A stretch of DNA of 64,000 nucleotides from NCBI GenBank assembly GCA_964439315.1, contig CAYTOD010000002.1, positions 14,575 through 78,574 of the forward strand, in the 5' to 3' direction. Made by a program: the position numbers and the translations under genes. Position 1 is the first letter of the stretch; each line of letters opens with the position of its first letter. A model generated the notes under the pieces. It did not search any database. It saw only the letters and a list, made by a program, of their open reading frames with translations, and was not told the origin of the DNA. This stretch comes from an uncultured Mycobacterium sp. Lineage in GTDB: Bacteria; Actinomycetota; Actinomycetes; Mycobacteriales; Mycobacteriaceae. Positions 12,581-25,020 of the stretch are shown piece by piece.

Positions 12581-13666
12581 TTGAGGTTTGTCAACAAACC
12601 GGTGGTCGGGGTGACCGCGGGAATCGCGATTCTGACAAGTGTGTTGAGCGCGGCCGCCACCGCTGACCCGGCTGAAGACGCCCTGGCCAAACTCAACGAA
12701 CTCTCCCGGCAGGCCGAACAGCTCACCGAGAGCATGCACACCGCCGAGCTCGACCTCGACAAAAAGGTGCAGGCGCAGAGCGCTGCCGACCAGAAACACG
12801 ACGCCGACCTCGCTGAACTGGAGTCGGCGAAGGTCCAGCTGGGCGACTATCAGGGCGCGGTCAACAAGCTCGCGGCATCCGTATACATGGGCGGGCGCAC
12901 CGACGGGATGAACGCGATGCTCACCGCGGCCTCCCCCCAGGGATTGATCGACAAGATGTCGGTGCAGCGCATCATGGGCACCGAGATGGCCGTCCAGATG
13001 CAGAGCTTCCGCAAGGCCAGTGAAGCGGCGCTCGCGGCGGAAGGTGTTTCGGCCAAGTCCGCCGCCGATGCCAAAGCCGCTGCCGACGAAGCCGCCGCAG
13101 TGCGGGCCGACCTGCAGCGTAAGCAGTCCGAACTGCAGGTCCAGATCGCTTCGGTCAAAGCCCGGTATCTGGCACTGACCCCGATGCAGCGCGCTGTGCT
13201 GGCGTCGCCGGCCGTGCTTCCGCCGTCGGTGGCTGCCGTCATGGCCCCCGCACCCGAGGCCGCCCCGTCCAGCGACATCGCGGCCCTCGCATCGCTTCCG
13301 ATGCCCGGCGGGGGTGGCGGCGCCGCGGGAGCGATCGCCGTGCAGGCGGCGCTGTCCCGCACGGGCGACCCCTACGTATGGGGCGGTTCCGGCCCCGGTG
13401 CCTTCGACTGCTCCGGTCTGGTGATGTGGTCGTTCCAGCAGGCCGGGATCTACCTGCCGCACTCCAGCCAGGCGCTGGCTGCGGGAGGGACTCCGGTGTC
13501 GATGGACGACATGCAACCCGGCGACATCATCACCTACTACGGCGACGCCTCGCACGTCGGGATGTACGTCGGTAACGGCATGATGGTTCACGCCTCGACC
13601 TATGGCGTCCCGGTCGGTGTCGCGCCGGTCAACAACGCCCCGATCTACAACGTCCGTCGGTACTGA
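12581..13666 (+). CDS. ripC: NlpC/P60 peptidoglycan endopeptidase (Rv2190c-like)
   Basis: Signal peptide, coiled coil, PYVWGG..FDCSGL..HVGMY. Confidence 0.93.
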   Translation: MRFVNKPVVGVTAGIAILTSVLSAAATADPAEDALAKLNELSRQAEQLTESMHTAELDLDKKVQAQSAADQKHDADLAELESAKVQLGDYQGAVNKLAASVYMGGRTDGMNAMLTAASPQGLIDKMSVQRIMGTEMAVQMQSFRKASEAALAAEGVSAKSAADAKAAADEAAAVRADLQRKQSELQVQIASVKARYLALTPMQRAVLASPAVLPPSVAAVMAPAPEAAPSSDIAALASLPMPGGGGGAAGAIAVQAALSRTGDPYVWGGSGPGAFDCSGLVMWSFQQAGIYLPHSSQALAAGGTPVSMDDMQPGDIITYYGDASHVGMYVGNGMMVHASTYGVPVGVAPVNNAPIYNVRRY

Positions 13667-14477
13667 GCCTCGGTCGGTACTGGCTCGACCCCGTCGCCGG
13701 AGGGCCGCGCTGCTGGCCGCTCTGGTTGTCGAACTCGCTTCGGCGGCAGTTCTTCTGGTCCATCTGCACCGGTCTGACGTTTCCGGCGTCCGGCTGATCA
13801 ATCTCGACGGCGCGCCCGCTGCCGCCCTGCTGCGCCGGGTCGACGCGGATCTCGATCGGGCCGTCGGCGCCGTCGAGGACTTCTGGGGCACCGACTGGCC
13901 GCAAGAGATCGTCGTCGTCGCGACCGCTTCGGACGCCCAGTTCGCCGCCGAGGCGCACCTGAATCCGGCCCGGCAGTGGAAAGACATCGCCGCTGTTGCC
14001 GTCGCCGACGGAGTCGACTTCGACCATCACCGCGCTGTCGGGCAGCGGATCGTGCTGGCTCCGGGCGCGTCCGACATGACGGATTCCGCGCTGCGAATCG
14101 TGCTGGTCCATGAGCTTTTTCACTTCGCCACCCGGGCCGACACCGCGCTGGACGCGCCGCGCTGGCTCACCGAGGGAGTTGCCGACTACGTCGCCCGCCC
14201 GGCCACCCCGATCCCTTCCGGACCCGCCGCGCGGAACACTGCGCTGCCCACCGATGCGGACCTCGACGTCTCCGGACCGCAGCGGGTCACCGGCTACGAC
14301 CGGGCCTGGTGGTTCGCCCGGTTCGTCGCCGACGACTACGGCGTCGACGGCTTGCGCCGGCTGTACGAATCGGCCTGCGGGCCGGATCACGGGGACCTCG
14401 CCACGGCGGTGCGTCAAGCCCTTGGTGTCGAGATGTCGGGCTTGCAATCGCAGTGGGCGCGGTGGCTGACCCGCTAG
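13602..14477 (+). CDS. Rv2189c-like protein with HExxH metallopeptidase-like motif (true start uncertain, probably near 13680)
   Basis: FWGTDW, LVHELFH, APRWLTEGVAD; synteny. Confidence 0.8.
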   Translation: MASRSVSRRSTTPRSTTSVGTEPRSVLARPRRRRAALLAALVVELASAAVLLVHLHRSDVSGVRLINLDGAPAAALLRRVDADLDRAVGAVEDFWGTDWPQEIVVVATASDAQFAAEAHLNPARQWKDIAAVAVADGVDFDHHRAVGQRIVLAPGASDMTDSALRIVLVHELFHFATRADTALDAPRWLTEGVADYVARPATPIPSGPAARNTALPTDADLDVSGPQRVTGYDRAWWFARFVADDYGVDGLRRLYESACGPDHGDLATAVRQALGVEMSGLQSQWARWLTR

Positions 14478-14485
14478 CGTGAGCG

Positions 14486-15637
14486 GTGATGACGCGGATT
14501 CTTCTGGTCACCAATGACTTTCCGCCCCGGCGCGGCGGTATCCAGTCCTACCTGGAGCAGTTCGTGCTGCGGCTGGTTTCGGACGGTGAACACGACCTCA
14601 CGGTGTACGCGCCCCGATGGAAGGGGTCCGACGACTACGACCGGGCTGCGCCGATGCGCGTCGTGCGCCACCCGGGCACGCTGATGCTTCCCGAGCCCGG
14701 CGTCGACCGCCGGATGCGCGACCTGATCACCGAGCACGGCATCGAGACGGTGTGGTTCGGGGCGGCGGCCCCGCTGGCGCTGCTCGCTCGCCGGGCGCGC
14801 GATGCCGGTGCGGCGCGGGTGCTGGCCTGTACGCACGGCCACGAGGTGGGTTGGTCCATGCTGCCGGTGGCCCGTTCGGCCCTTCGCCGGATCGGCGACG
14901 GCAGCGACGTCATCACCTATGTCAGCCGCTACACCCGGGGACGGTTCGCGGCGGCGTTCGGTCCGCGCGCCCGTCTGGAGCACCTTCCACCGGGTGTCGA
15001 CACGGATCGCTTCCGCCCGGATCCCGCGGCGCGGGCGCGGTTACGGGACCGCTACGGCCTGGGCGAACGTCCGGTGGCGGTGTGCGTGTCACGACTGGTG
15101 CCGCGCAAGGGCCAGGACATGCTGATCCGCGCGATGCCGCAGATCAGGCGCAGGGTGGACGGCGCGACGCTGGTCATCGTCGGCGGCGGCCCCCATGCCG
15201 AGGCGCTGCACCGGCTGGCCGACCGCTGCGGGGTGGCCGACGACGTCGTCTTCACGGCGGGTGTTCCCGGCGACGAACTGGCCGCGCACTACGCGATGGG
15301 CGACGTGTTCGCGATGCCGTGCCGGACCCGCGGCTACGGCCTCGACGTCGAGGGCCTGGGCATCGTCTTTCTGGAGGCCTCCGCGACCGGGGTGCCGGTG
15401 GTGGCCGGACGGTCCGGCGGCGCACCCGAGACCGTGCTGGACGGCGAGACCGGCCGGGTCGTGGACGGCCGGTCGGTGGACGAGATCGCCGATGCGGTGG
15501 CGGGCCTGTTGGCGGACCCGGAAACAGCCCGGCGGATGGGGGAGGCCGGCCGTCGTTGGATCGTCCGGGACTGGAACTGGGCCACCCACGCCGCCCGGCT
15601 GGCGGACCTGCTTCGGGTGCCCCCGGCCGGTGTGTGA
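14486..15637 (+). CDS. pimB: GT4 alpha-mannosyltransferase PimB' (Rv2188c-like)
   Basis: RILLVTNDFPPRRGGIQSY, RLVPRKGQD, EGLGIVFLEA. Confidence 0.95.
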   Translation: MMTRILLVTNDFPPRRGGIQSYLEQFVLRLVSDGEHDLTVYAPRWKGSDDYDRAAPMRVVRHPGTLMLPEPGVDRRMRDLITEHGIETVWFGAAAPLALLARRARDAGAARVLACTHGHEVGWSMLPVARSALRRIGDGSDVITYVSRYTRGRFAAAFGPRARLEHLPPGVDTDRFRPDPAARARLRDRYGLGERPVAVCVSRLVPRKGQDMLIRAMPQIRRRVDGATLVIVGGGPHAEALHRLADRCGVADDVVFTAGVPGDELAAHYAMGDVFAMPCRTRGYGLDVEGLGIVFLEASATGVPVVAGRSGGAPETVLDGETGRVVDGRSVDEIADAVAGLLADPETARRMGEAGRRWIVRDWNWATHAARLADLLRVPPAGV

Positions 15638-15648
15638 AGCTAATCTCC

Positions 15649-16026
15649 GTGCACAGCATCCAGATCGCCGATGAGACGTTCGTGGCGGCTGACCCCGCTG
15701 CCGTGGGAAGCGCGGTGTCGGACCCCAAAGACCTGCGCCGGTGGTTTCCCGACCTCGCCCTGACCGTGGTCGAGGACCGCGCCGACAAGGGCATGCGCTG
15801 GACGGTGGCGGGCCCCCTGACCGGAACCATGGAGATCTGGCTGGAGCCGGTGCTCGATGGCGTTGTGCTGCACTACTTCCTGCACGCCGAGCCGTCCGGC
15901 TCGCTCGAGAAGGTGAGCCCGGCCGCGATGACCCACCAGCGCCGTGTCGCGGGCAAGCGGATGGCGTTCGAGGTCAAGAACCGACTGGAGGCCGGCCGGC
16001 CGGTCGGAGTCGCGCCGGGCACCTGA
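15649..16026 (+). CDS. SRPBCC/polyketide-cyclase-like protein (Rv2186c-like)
   Basis: GTG at 15649: MHSIQIADETFVAA..LTGTMEIWLEP..LHYFLHAEP. Confidence 0.88.
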   Translation: MHSIQIADETFVAADPAAVGSAVSDPKDLRRWFPDLALTVVEDRADKGMRWTVAGPLTGTMEIWLEPVLDGVVLHYFLHAEPSGSLEKVSPAAMTHQRRVAGKRMAFEVKNRLEAGRPVGVAPGT

Positions 16027-16115
16027 GCCCGGGACCCGAGAGGGTACGGTTTTGGTTGTCCCGCGCAATGGGCGAGCGCTGCGCGAGGAACAGATCAACG
16101 CGGAAGTGGCAAACA

Positions 16116-16583
16116 GTGGCGGAACGGACGGCCCAGACCATCCACATCGATGCGGACCCCCGCACCGTGATGGCCGTCATCGCCGATATCGCGTCCTATC
16201 CGGCATGGGTGTCGGAATACACCCACGCCGAGGTGTTGGAGTCCGATTCAGAGGGCTACCCGCTGCGCGCCCGGCTGGTGCTCGAGGCCGCGGTGCTCAA
16301 CGACACCATGGAGCTGGCCTATGACTGGCCGGCCGACCGGTCCGAAGTGCGGTGGTCGCTGGTGTCCAGCTCGCTGCTGACCGCACTCGACGGCGCCTAC
16401 ACCCTCACACCCCACGGTTCGGGGACCGACGTCACCTACGAGTTGGCGGTGGACCTGGCCATCCCCATGATCGGGCTGCTCAAACGGAAAGCCGAACGCC
16501 GGCTCACCGACACCGCGCTCAAGGACCTCAAGAAGCGGGTGGAAGGCGGGCGCGCCGAGGAGGAACCGGATGTACTCCGCTGA
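16116..16583 (+). CDS. SRPBCC family protein (Rv2185c/TB16.3-like)
   Basis: MAERTAQTIHIDADP..YPAWV..GTDVTYEL..ALKDLKKRVE. Confidence 0.9.
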   Translation: MAERTAQTIHIDADPRTVMAVIADIASYPAWVSEYTHAEVLESDSEGYPLRARLVLEAAVLNDTMELAYDWPADRSEVRWSLVSSSLLTALDGAYTLTPHGSGTDVTYELAVDLAIPMIGLLKRKAERRLTDTALKDLKKRVEGGRAEEEPDVLR

Positions 16584-17844
16584 CTCGGCCCCAGCCGCTG
16601 CTGAACCCCGCATCAGCTTCTTCGTCGGCAAGGGCGGGGTGGGCAAGTCCACGCTGGCGTCGGCGACGGCCGTCCGGGCGGCGCTCGCCGGCGATCGCGT
16701 GCTCGCGATCTCGACCGACCAGGCCCATTCGCTCGGCGATGTGCTCGGGGTGCCCGTGGAGCCCAGCGGCACCCCCGAGCCGGTACGCATCCTGACCGAG
16801 GAGCGCGGTGGCGACAGCGGCGGCGGACACCTCGACGCCCTCGCCCTGGACACCCTGGCCCTGTTGGAGACGGCGTGGCGCGCCATCGTGCCGGTGCTGG
16901 CCGCGCAGTTCCCGGCCTCTGATCTCAAAGACCTTGCACCCGAAGAACTCTCCGCCCTACCCGGTATTCAGGAGGTGCTCGGGTTGCGCACGGTGGCCGA
17001 GCTGGCCGCCTCGGGCCGCTGGGACTACGTCGTGGTGGACTGCGCGTCCACCGCCGATGCGCTGCGGATGCTGACCCTGCCAGCGGCGTTCGCCGAGTAC
17101 CTCGAACGGGGCTGGCCCCGGCACCGTCGCCTCAGCTCCTCCACCGACGACCTCCGGACCGTCGCCACCGTCGCACTGATCGAGGCGGCGAGCGGTGGCG
17201 CCGAATCGTTGGCGGCGCTGCTCGCCTCCGACCGGGTGAGCGCCCACCTGGTTCTGACGCCGGAACGGGTGGTGTCCGCCGAGGCGGTCCGCACGCTGGG
17301 TTCGCTCGCTCTGATGGGCGTGCCGGTGGCTGAGCTGATCGTCAATCAGGTTCTCTTTCAAGATGATTCCTTCGAATACCGCAACCTTCCGGAGCATCCC
17401 GCGTTCGACTGGTACTCCGCCCGGATCGCTGAGCAGCAGGCGGTGCTCAGCGACCTGGCCGGCTCGATAGGCGAGGTTCAGCTGGTGCTGACTCCCCATC
17501 TGGCCGGGGAGCCCATCGGGCCGAAGGCGTTGGGGCAGTTACTCGACGAGGCGCGGCTGCGGGACGGCTCCCCGCCTCCCGGACCGTTGCGGCCGATCGT
17601 CGACCGGGAGTCGGGCTCCGGGCTCGAAGCCGTCTACCGGATGCGGTTAGAGTTGCCGCAACTCGACCCCGGCTCGCTCAGTCTCGGGCGGGCCGGTGAT
17701 GACCTGATCATCGGTGTCGCGGGGCTGCGCCGCCGGGTGCGGCTGGCGTCAGTGCTGCGCCGGTGCATCGTCACCGACGCTGCGCTGCGCGGCAGCGAGT
17801 TGACCGTGCGGTTCCGACCCAACCCGGAGGTGTGGCCCCGATGA
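16570..17844 (+). CDS. ArsA/Get3-like ATPase with a C-terminal small beta domain (Rv2184c-like)
   Basis: GKGGVGKST, STDQAHSL, LSALPGIQE, VVDC; C-terminal YRMRLELP..GDDLIIG..RRRVRL segment typical of the HSP20-like domain. Confidence 0.92.
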   Translation: MYSADSAPAAAEPRISFFVGKGGVGKSTLASATAVRAALAGDRVLAISTDQAHSLGDVLGVPVEPSGTPEPVRILTEERGGDSGGGHLDALALDTLALLETAWRAIVPVLAAQFPASDLKDLAPEELSALPGIQEVLGLRTVAELAASGRWDYVVVDCASTADALRMLTLPAAFAEYLERGWPRHRRLSSSTDDLRTVATVALIEAASGGAESLAALLASDRVSAHLVLTPERVVSAEAVRTLGSLALMGVPVAELIVNQVLFQDDSFEYRNLPEHPAFDWYSARIAEQQAVLSDLAGSIGEVQLVLTPHLAGEPIGPKALGQLLDEARLRDGSPPPGPLRPIVDRESGSGLEAVYRMRLELPQLDPGSLSLGRAGDDLIIGVAGLRRRVRLASVLRRCIVTDAALRGSELTVRFRPNPEVWPR

Positions 17845-18239
17845 CCCACCCCGACATCGGACCCGAGCTGCGCGCGCTGGCCCAGTCGATTCTCGATCGC
17901 CTGGACCCCGCCGTGCGGGCCGCCGCCGCGACGTTGTTGAGCAGCGGGGCCGCCGAGGCGGGTCGCTGCCAGCAGGTCTGGTGTCCGGTTTGCGCGCTCG
18001 CGGCTCTGGTCAGCGGTGAGCAGCACCCGATGTTGACCCTGGTCGCCGAACACAGCGTGACCGTTATGGCCCTTCTGCGAGACATGGCGGCCGCTTCCGG
18101 GTCTGCCGCGCCTGCAGAGTCCCCTGAGGAGGCGCCCGGTCAACCGACGGCTGAGGCCGATCAGATCCCCGGCGATCAGATCCCCGGTCGCTATCAATCG
18201 ATTCCGATCGTGATCGAACAGACCACCGTCGACGAGTGA
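17841..18239 (+). CDS. Conserved hypothetical protein (Rv2183c-like)
   Basis: CQQVWCPVCAL motif; ATGA overlap with the ATPase gene. Confidence 0.85.
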   Translation: MTHPDIGPELRALAQSILDRLDPAVRAAAATLLSSGAAEAGRCQQVWCPVCALAALVSGEQHPMLTLVAEHSVTVMALLRDMAAASGSAAPAESPEEAPGQPTAEADQIPGDQIPGRYQSIPIVIEQTTVDE

Positions 18240-18368
18240 CGTACGAGCTGCTGTGGATTGCCCGTGAAACCGCGTTGCTAGTGCGCGCCGCGGGCGGCGG
18301 GCTGGGTAGAGTTGGCCGGACAAGTCCCGACGACGACCCGTCCGGGCCCGACTGCCGAGGGGGGTTCC

Positions 18369-19103
18369 ATGTGGTACTACCTGTTTAAGTACATCTTCAT
18401 GGGCCCGCTGCTGGCTTTCCTCGGGCGTCCGAAAGTCGAAGGGCTGGAATACCTTCCGCGTTCCGGACCGGCGATTCTGGCCAGTAACCACCTGGCGGTG
18501 GCGGACAGCTTCTACCTCCCGCTGGTGGTCCGCCGGCGGATCACCTTCCTGGCCAAGTCCGAGTACTTCACCGGTAAGGGCATCAAGGGTGCGTTCAACC
18601 GGTGGTTCTACACCGTCGCCGGGCAGGTGCCGATCGACCGCACCAACGCCGATGCGGCGCAGGCCGCCCTGGACACCGCCGAGCGAATCCTGGGTCAGGG
18701 AAAGCTGCTCGGGATGTACCCGGAGGGCACCCGATCCCCGGACGGCCGGCTCTACAAGGGCAAGAGCGGCCTGGCCCGGCTGGCGCTGGAGACCGGTGTG
18801 CCGGTGATCCCGGTTGCGATGATCGGCACCGACACCGTCAACCCGCCCGGCTCCAAGATGTGGCGCTTCGGCCGGGTCACGGTGCGGTTCGGAAAGCCGA
18901 TGGACTTCTCCCGGTTCGAGGGCCTGTCCGGTAACCGCTTCATCGAACGGGCCGTCATCGACGAGGTGATGTACGAGCTGATGAAGCTCTCCGGACAGGA
19001 GTACGTCGACATCTACGCGGCCAGCCTCAAGCAGGCCGGGCCGGCTAAGCCGGAAGCCGCAGGTCAGCCGCCTGCGCGGATCCCGGAGAGCGCTGCGGGC
19101 TGA
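18369..19103 (+). CDS. plsC: 1-acyl-sn-glycerol-3-phosphate acyltransferase (Rv2182c-like)
   Basis: NHLAVAD (HxxxxD), [14 protein letters not shown]. Confidence 0.95.
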   Translation: MWYYLFKYIFMGPLLAFLGRPKVEGLEYLPRSGPAILASNHLAVADSFYLPLVVRRRITFLAKSEYFTGKGIKGAFNRWFYTVAGQVPIDRTNADAAQAALDTAERILGQGKLLGMYPEGTRSPDGRLYKGKSGLARLALETGVPVIPVAMIGTDTVNPPGSKMWRFGRVTVRFGKPMDFSRFEGLSGNRFIERAVIDEVMYELMKLSGQEYVDIYAASLKQAGPAKPEAAGQPPARIPESAAG

Positions 19104-20286
19104 CCCAGGCCCGAGTCACGGTCAGTCCCGCGACGGCGATCACCGACAGTCCCCACCACACGTATGACATCCCCAGTAGTTGCCGCCACCAGGATGCGGC
19201 CTCTTCGTGGTGCTCGGGCAACAGATGAATGGGTGTCCACACCATCAGAGCGACTCCCGCGGCGCTGACCACCGCCAGCGCCGGGTTTCGCCGCCGGTAG
19301 GCCAGTACCGCGGTCACGATCACAGTGGGCAGCGCCCAGACCCAATGGTGCGACCAGGAGACCGGCGAGACCACCAGGCCGAACAGGGCCACGCACATCA
19401 AACCCAGGGCGGCCTCGCCGGCAGCCAGCACTCGTCGCACCGCCCACACGGTCAGGCCGAGAACCGCGAAACAGGCCGCTGTCCACAACACGAAATGGGT
19501 GGTCTCGCCCAGGCCGAGGCGGGCCAGCGCTCCGGCGGCGTTCTGATTGGTGTTCAGGGTGGGCGTGCCGATCCGGTCGGTGTGGCCGACCGTCGTCGTC
19601 CAGTACTCCTTGGAGTCGCGCCAGGCCAGTGCGAATCCGAGCAGTGTGGCCAGTGCGAACGACACCATGGCCGTCACCGCTGCCCGGACGTCCCGGCGCA
19701 GCACGAAGTACACCAGGAACACCGCAGGGGTGAGCTTGAGCGCGATCGCGATACCCAGCAGTGCGCCGCGCGGCCACGGCGTGCGCCGCGGCAGGCAGTC
19801 GGCGATGACCAGTGTCATCAGCACGACGTTGATCTGGCCGAACGAGAAGTTGGCCTGAATCGGCTCCAGGGTCACCGCGGCGACGGCGGCGATGCCGGCA
19901 GCCAGCCACGGCGCGCGATCAACGCCCAGGGCGTTAAGCACGATCCAGATCGACACCGCCAGCAGTACCAGGGTCGTCACGGTGATCGCCACGCTCGCCG
20001 CCGTCAGCGACACCATGGCCAGCGGTGCGAACACGATGGCTGCCAAAGGGGGATAGGTGAACGGGAGGTCCAGGCCGCCCTGGGTGTGGAACATCGCGCC
20101 GTCCGCGTAGAGCGGGCGATGGGCCAACCAGGCCTGGCCGCCCATCCGGTAGACGTCGACGTCGATCCGGTACGGCGTGTGTCCGAATAGTTGCCAGCAG
20201 GTGTTGAGCACGGCGGCGACGACGAGAACCTGGGTCACTCGCCAGACAACGGTCGCCGGGCGGCCTGCCCTGAAATCGCTGCGCAT
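19045..20286 (-). CDS. mptC: GT87 alpha-1,2-mannosyltransferase (Rv2181-like)
   Basis: IDVDVY, PFTYPP, GQIN, IKLTP-like motif, SPVSWSHHW; polytopic membrane protein. Confidence 0.88.
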   Translation of the reverse strand: MRSDFRAGRPATVVWRVTQVLVVAAVLNTCWQLFGHTPYRIDVDVYRMGGQAWLAHRPLYADGAMFHTQGGLDLPFTYPPLAAIVFAPLAMVSLTAASVAITVTTLVLLAVSIWIVLNALGVDRAPWLAAGIAAVAAVTLEPIQANFSFGQINVVLMTLVIADCLPRRTPWPRGALLGIAIALKLTPAVFLVYFVLRRDVRAAVTAMVSFALATLLGFALAWRDSKEYWTTTVGHTDRIGTPTLNTNQNAAGALARLGLGETTHFVLWTAACFAVLGLTVWAVRRVLAAGEAALGLMCVALFGLVVSPVSWSHHWVWALPTVIVTAVLAYRRRNPALAVVSAAGVALMVWTPIHLLPEHHEEAASWWRQLLGMSYVWWGLSVIAVAGLTVTRAWVSPQRSPGSAQAADLRLPA

Positions 20287-20343
20287 AACCGCACCAGACT
20301 ATCGGTCAATGCGGCCGAATCGGGGTGGCGTAGTTTTCACGCC

Positions 20344-23295
<2,952 letters not shown>

Positions 23296-23305
23296 CGTCG
23301 CTGGG

Positions 23306-24535
23306 TCAGCGACCGAGGATGCCGCCGAGGTCGAGGCCCGCGAAATTCATGCCGACGGTCCAGCTTGCGGCGGCCACAACGCCGGTGAGCACCAGTACCG
23401 CGCACACCCAGAACACCACGGCCCGCCGGGACCGCTGTCGGGCCCAGATGAACTCGTCGATGTCGATCCCGGCGAATTGAGTTGGTGTCTCCCAGTTTTC
23501 GGCTTCGTCATCGGGTTGGCCCGGTTCTTCGACGGCGGGCCGCCACGTCCGCGGGTCGGGGGTGAACTGACGGGTCGGTTGGCGCCCGGGGGGCCCGGCG
23601 GGCGGGGGAGTCGGGCGGCCGGCGTGCTGAAGGTGGTAGGCGGTGGCAGCCGCGTGCTGCGCCGAATTCCGCGGGGCCGGAACGCGGAACGCCGGCAGGT
23701 TCAACTCTGCGGCGATGGAATCCAATCCGGCGCACATCTGCGAGGCGTCGGCGAACCGTGCGTCGGCATCCCGCGCGGTGGCGGACGCGATGAACGCGTC
23801 GAACTGCGGCGGCACGCCGGAAATCGCCGAACTCGGTCGGGGCACCTCCCGGTCGAGGCGCTGGTGTGCGACCGACAACGGGTTGTCGCCGCGGAAAGGC
23901 ATTGCGCCGGTGAGTAGTTCGAATGCCATGATGCCTGCGGAGTAGACGTCGCTTCGCGGCCCGACCTCGGTCCCGAGGACCTGTTCCGGCGAGAGATAGG
24001 CGGCGGTCCCGAGGATCACGCTGGTCGAGGTGATACCGGCCTCCGCGGTCGCGCGTACCAAGCCGAAGTCGACGAGTTTCACCTCGCCGTCATCGGAGAT
24101 CAGCACGTTCTCTGGTTTGACGTCGCGGTGGACAAGACCGGCCCGGTGGGCCACCCCCAACCCGCTCAGGACTGGACGCAGCACTGCCGCCACGGCGTGC
24201 GGCGGCATCGGGCCGCGTTCGCGCAGCAATTCGCGCAGCGTCCCGCCCTCGATAAGTTCCATTACCAGGAACGGGTGCACACCGTCGTCGCCCTGGTCGT
24301 AGATGGCCACCAGGCCGGGGTCCTTCAGGCGGGCGATCGCTCTCGCCTCGCGTTGGAAGCGGGCCAGGAACTGGACGTCGCCGGCATAGCGGGCGTCCAT
24401 CACCTTCAAGGCAACCGGGCGGTCCAACCGGACGTCCAACCCCCGGTACACCGTCGACATGCCACCGGAGGCGATCCTTGCCTCGACGCGGTATCGCCCG
24501 TCGAGCAGGGTGCCGACGAGTCGGTCCGAGGTCAC
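23306..24535 (-). CDS. pknL: Ser/Thr protein kinase PknL
   Basis: VALKVM, HRDVKPEN, DFGL, GTAAYLSPE; C-terminal TM helix; divergent from Rv2175c. Confidence 0.93.
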   Translation of the reverse strand: MTSDRLVGTLLDGRYRVEARIASGGMSTVYRGLDVRLDRPVALKVMDARYAGDVQFLARFQREARAIARLKDPGLVAIYDQGDDGVHPFLVMELIEGGTLRELLRERGPMPPHAVAAVLRPVLSGLGVAHRAGLVHRDVKPENVLISDDGEVKLVDFGLVRATAEAGITSTSVILGTAAYLSPEQVLGTEVGPRSDVYSAGIMAFELLTGAMPFRGDNPLSVAHQRLDREVPRPSSAISGVPPQFDAFIASATARDADARFADASQMCAGLDSIAAELNLPAFRVPAPRNSAQHAAATAYHLQHAGRPTPPPAGPPGRQPTRQFTPDPRTWRPAVEEPGQPDDEAENWETPTQFAGIDIDEFIWARQRSRRAVVFWVCAVLVLTGVVAAASWTVGMNFAGLDLGGILGR

Positions 24536-24569
24536 CGGCTCATCCTAAGTCCGGCCCTAGACTGGGCGT

Positions 24570-24974
24570 GTGAGCAGCATTCCGGCCGGTGACGACGTCC
24601 TTGACCCCCAGGAACCGGTATACGACCTGTCGGCGGTGGCTGAGTTGCTGGGTGTCCCGGTGACGAAAGTGCACCAGGAACTGCGGGAGGGCCATCTTGT
24701 GGCGGTCCGCCGGAACGGCGTTCTGGTCATTCCCCGGATCTTCTTCACCGATTCGGGCACCGTGGTCAAGCCGCTGTCCGGCCTGCTCGCGGTGCTGCGT
24801 GACGGGGGGTACGGCCAATCCGAGATCCTGCGTTGGCTGTTCACCGCCGACCCGTCCTTGACCCTGACCCGCGACCGCGTCCGCGAGTCGGTGCCCAACG
24901 CCCGTCCGGTTGACGCATTGCACTCCCACCAGGCGCGCGAGGTACTCAGGCGAGCCCAGGCTATGGCCTACTGA
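24570..24974 (+). CDS. Rv2175c-family DNA-binding protein
   Basis: MSSIPAGDDVLDP, HTH region, RPVDALHSHQAREVLRRAQAMAY. Confidence 0.93.
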   Translation: MSSIPAGDDVLDPQEPVYDLSAVAELLGVPVTKVHQELREGHLVAVRRNGVLVIPRIFFTDSGTVVKPLSGLLAVLRDGGYGQSEILRWLFTADPSLTLTRDRVRESVPNARPVDALHSHQAREVLRRAQAMAY

Positions 24975-25020
24975 GGCCTGCGGGGCTGCGGCCTGCGGGC
25001 CTTACCGAGGCCTGCGGGGC

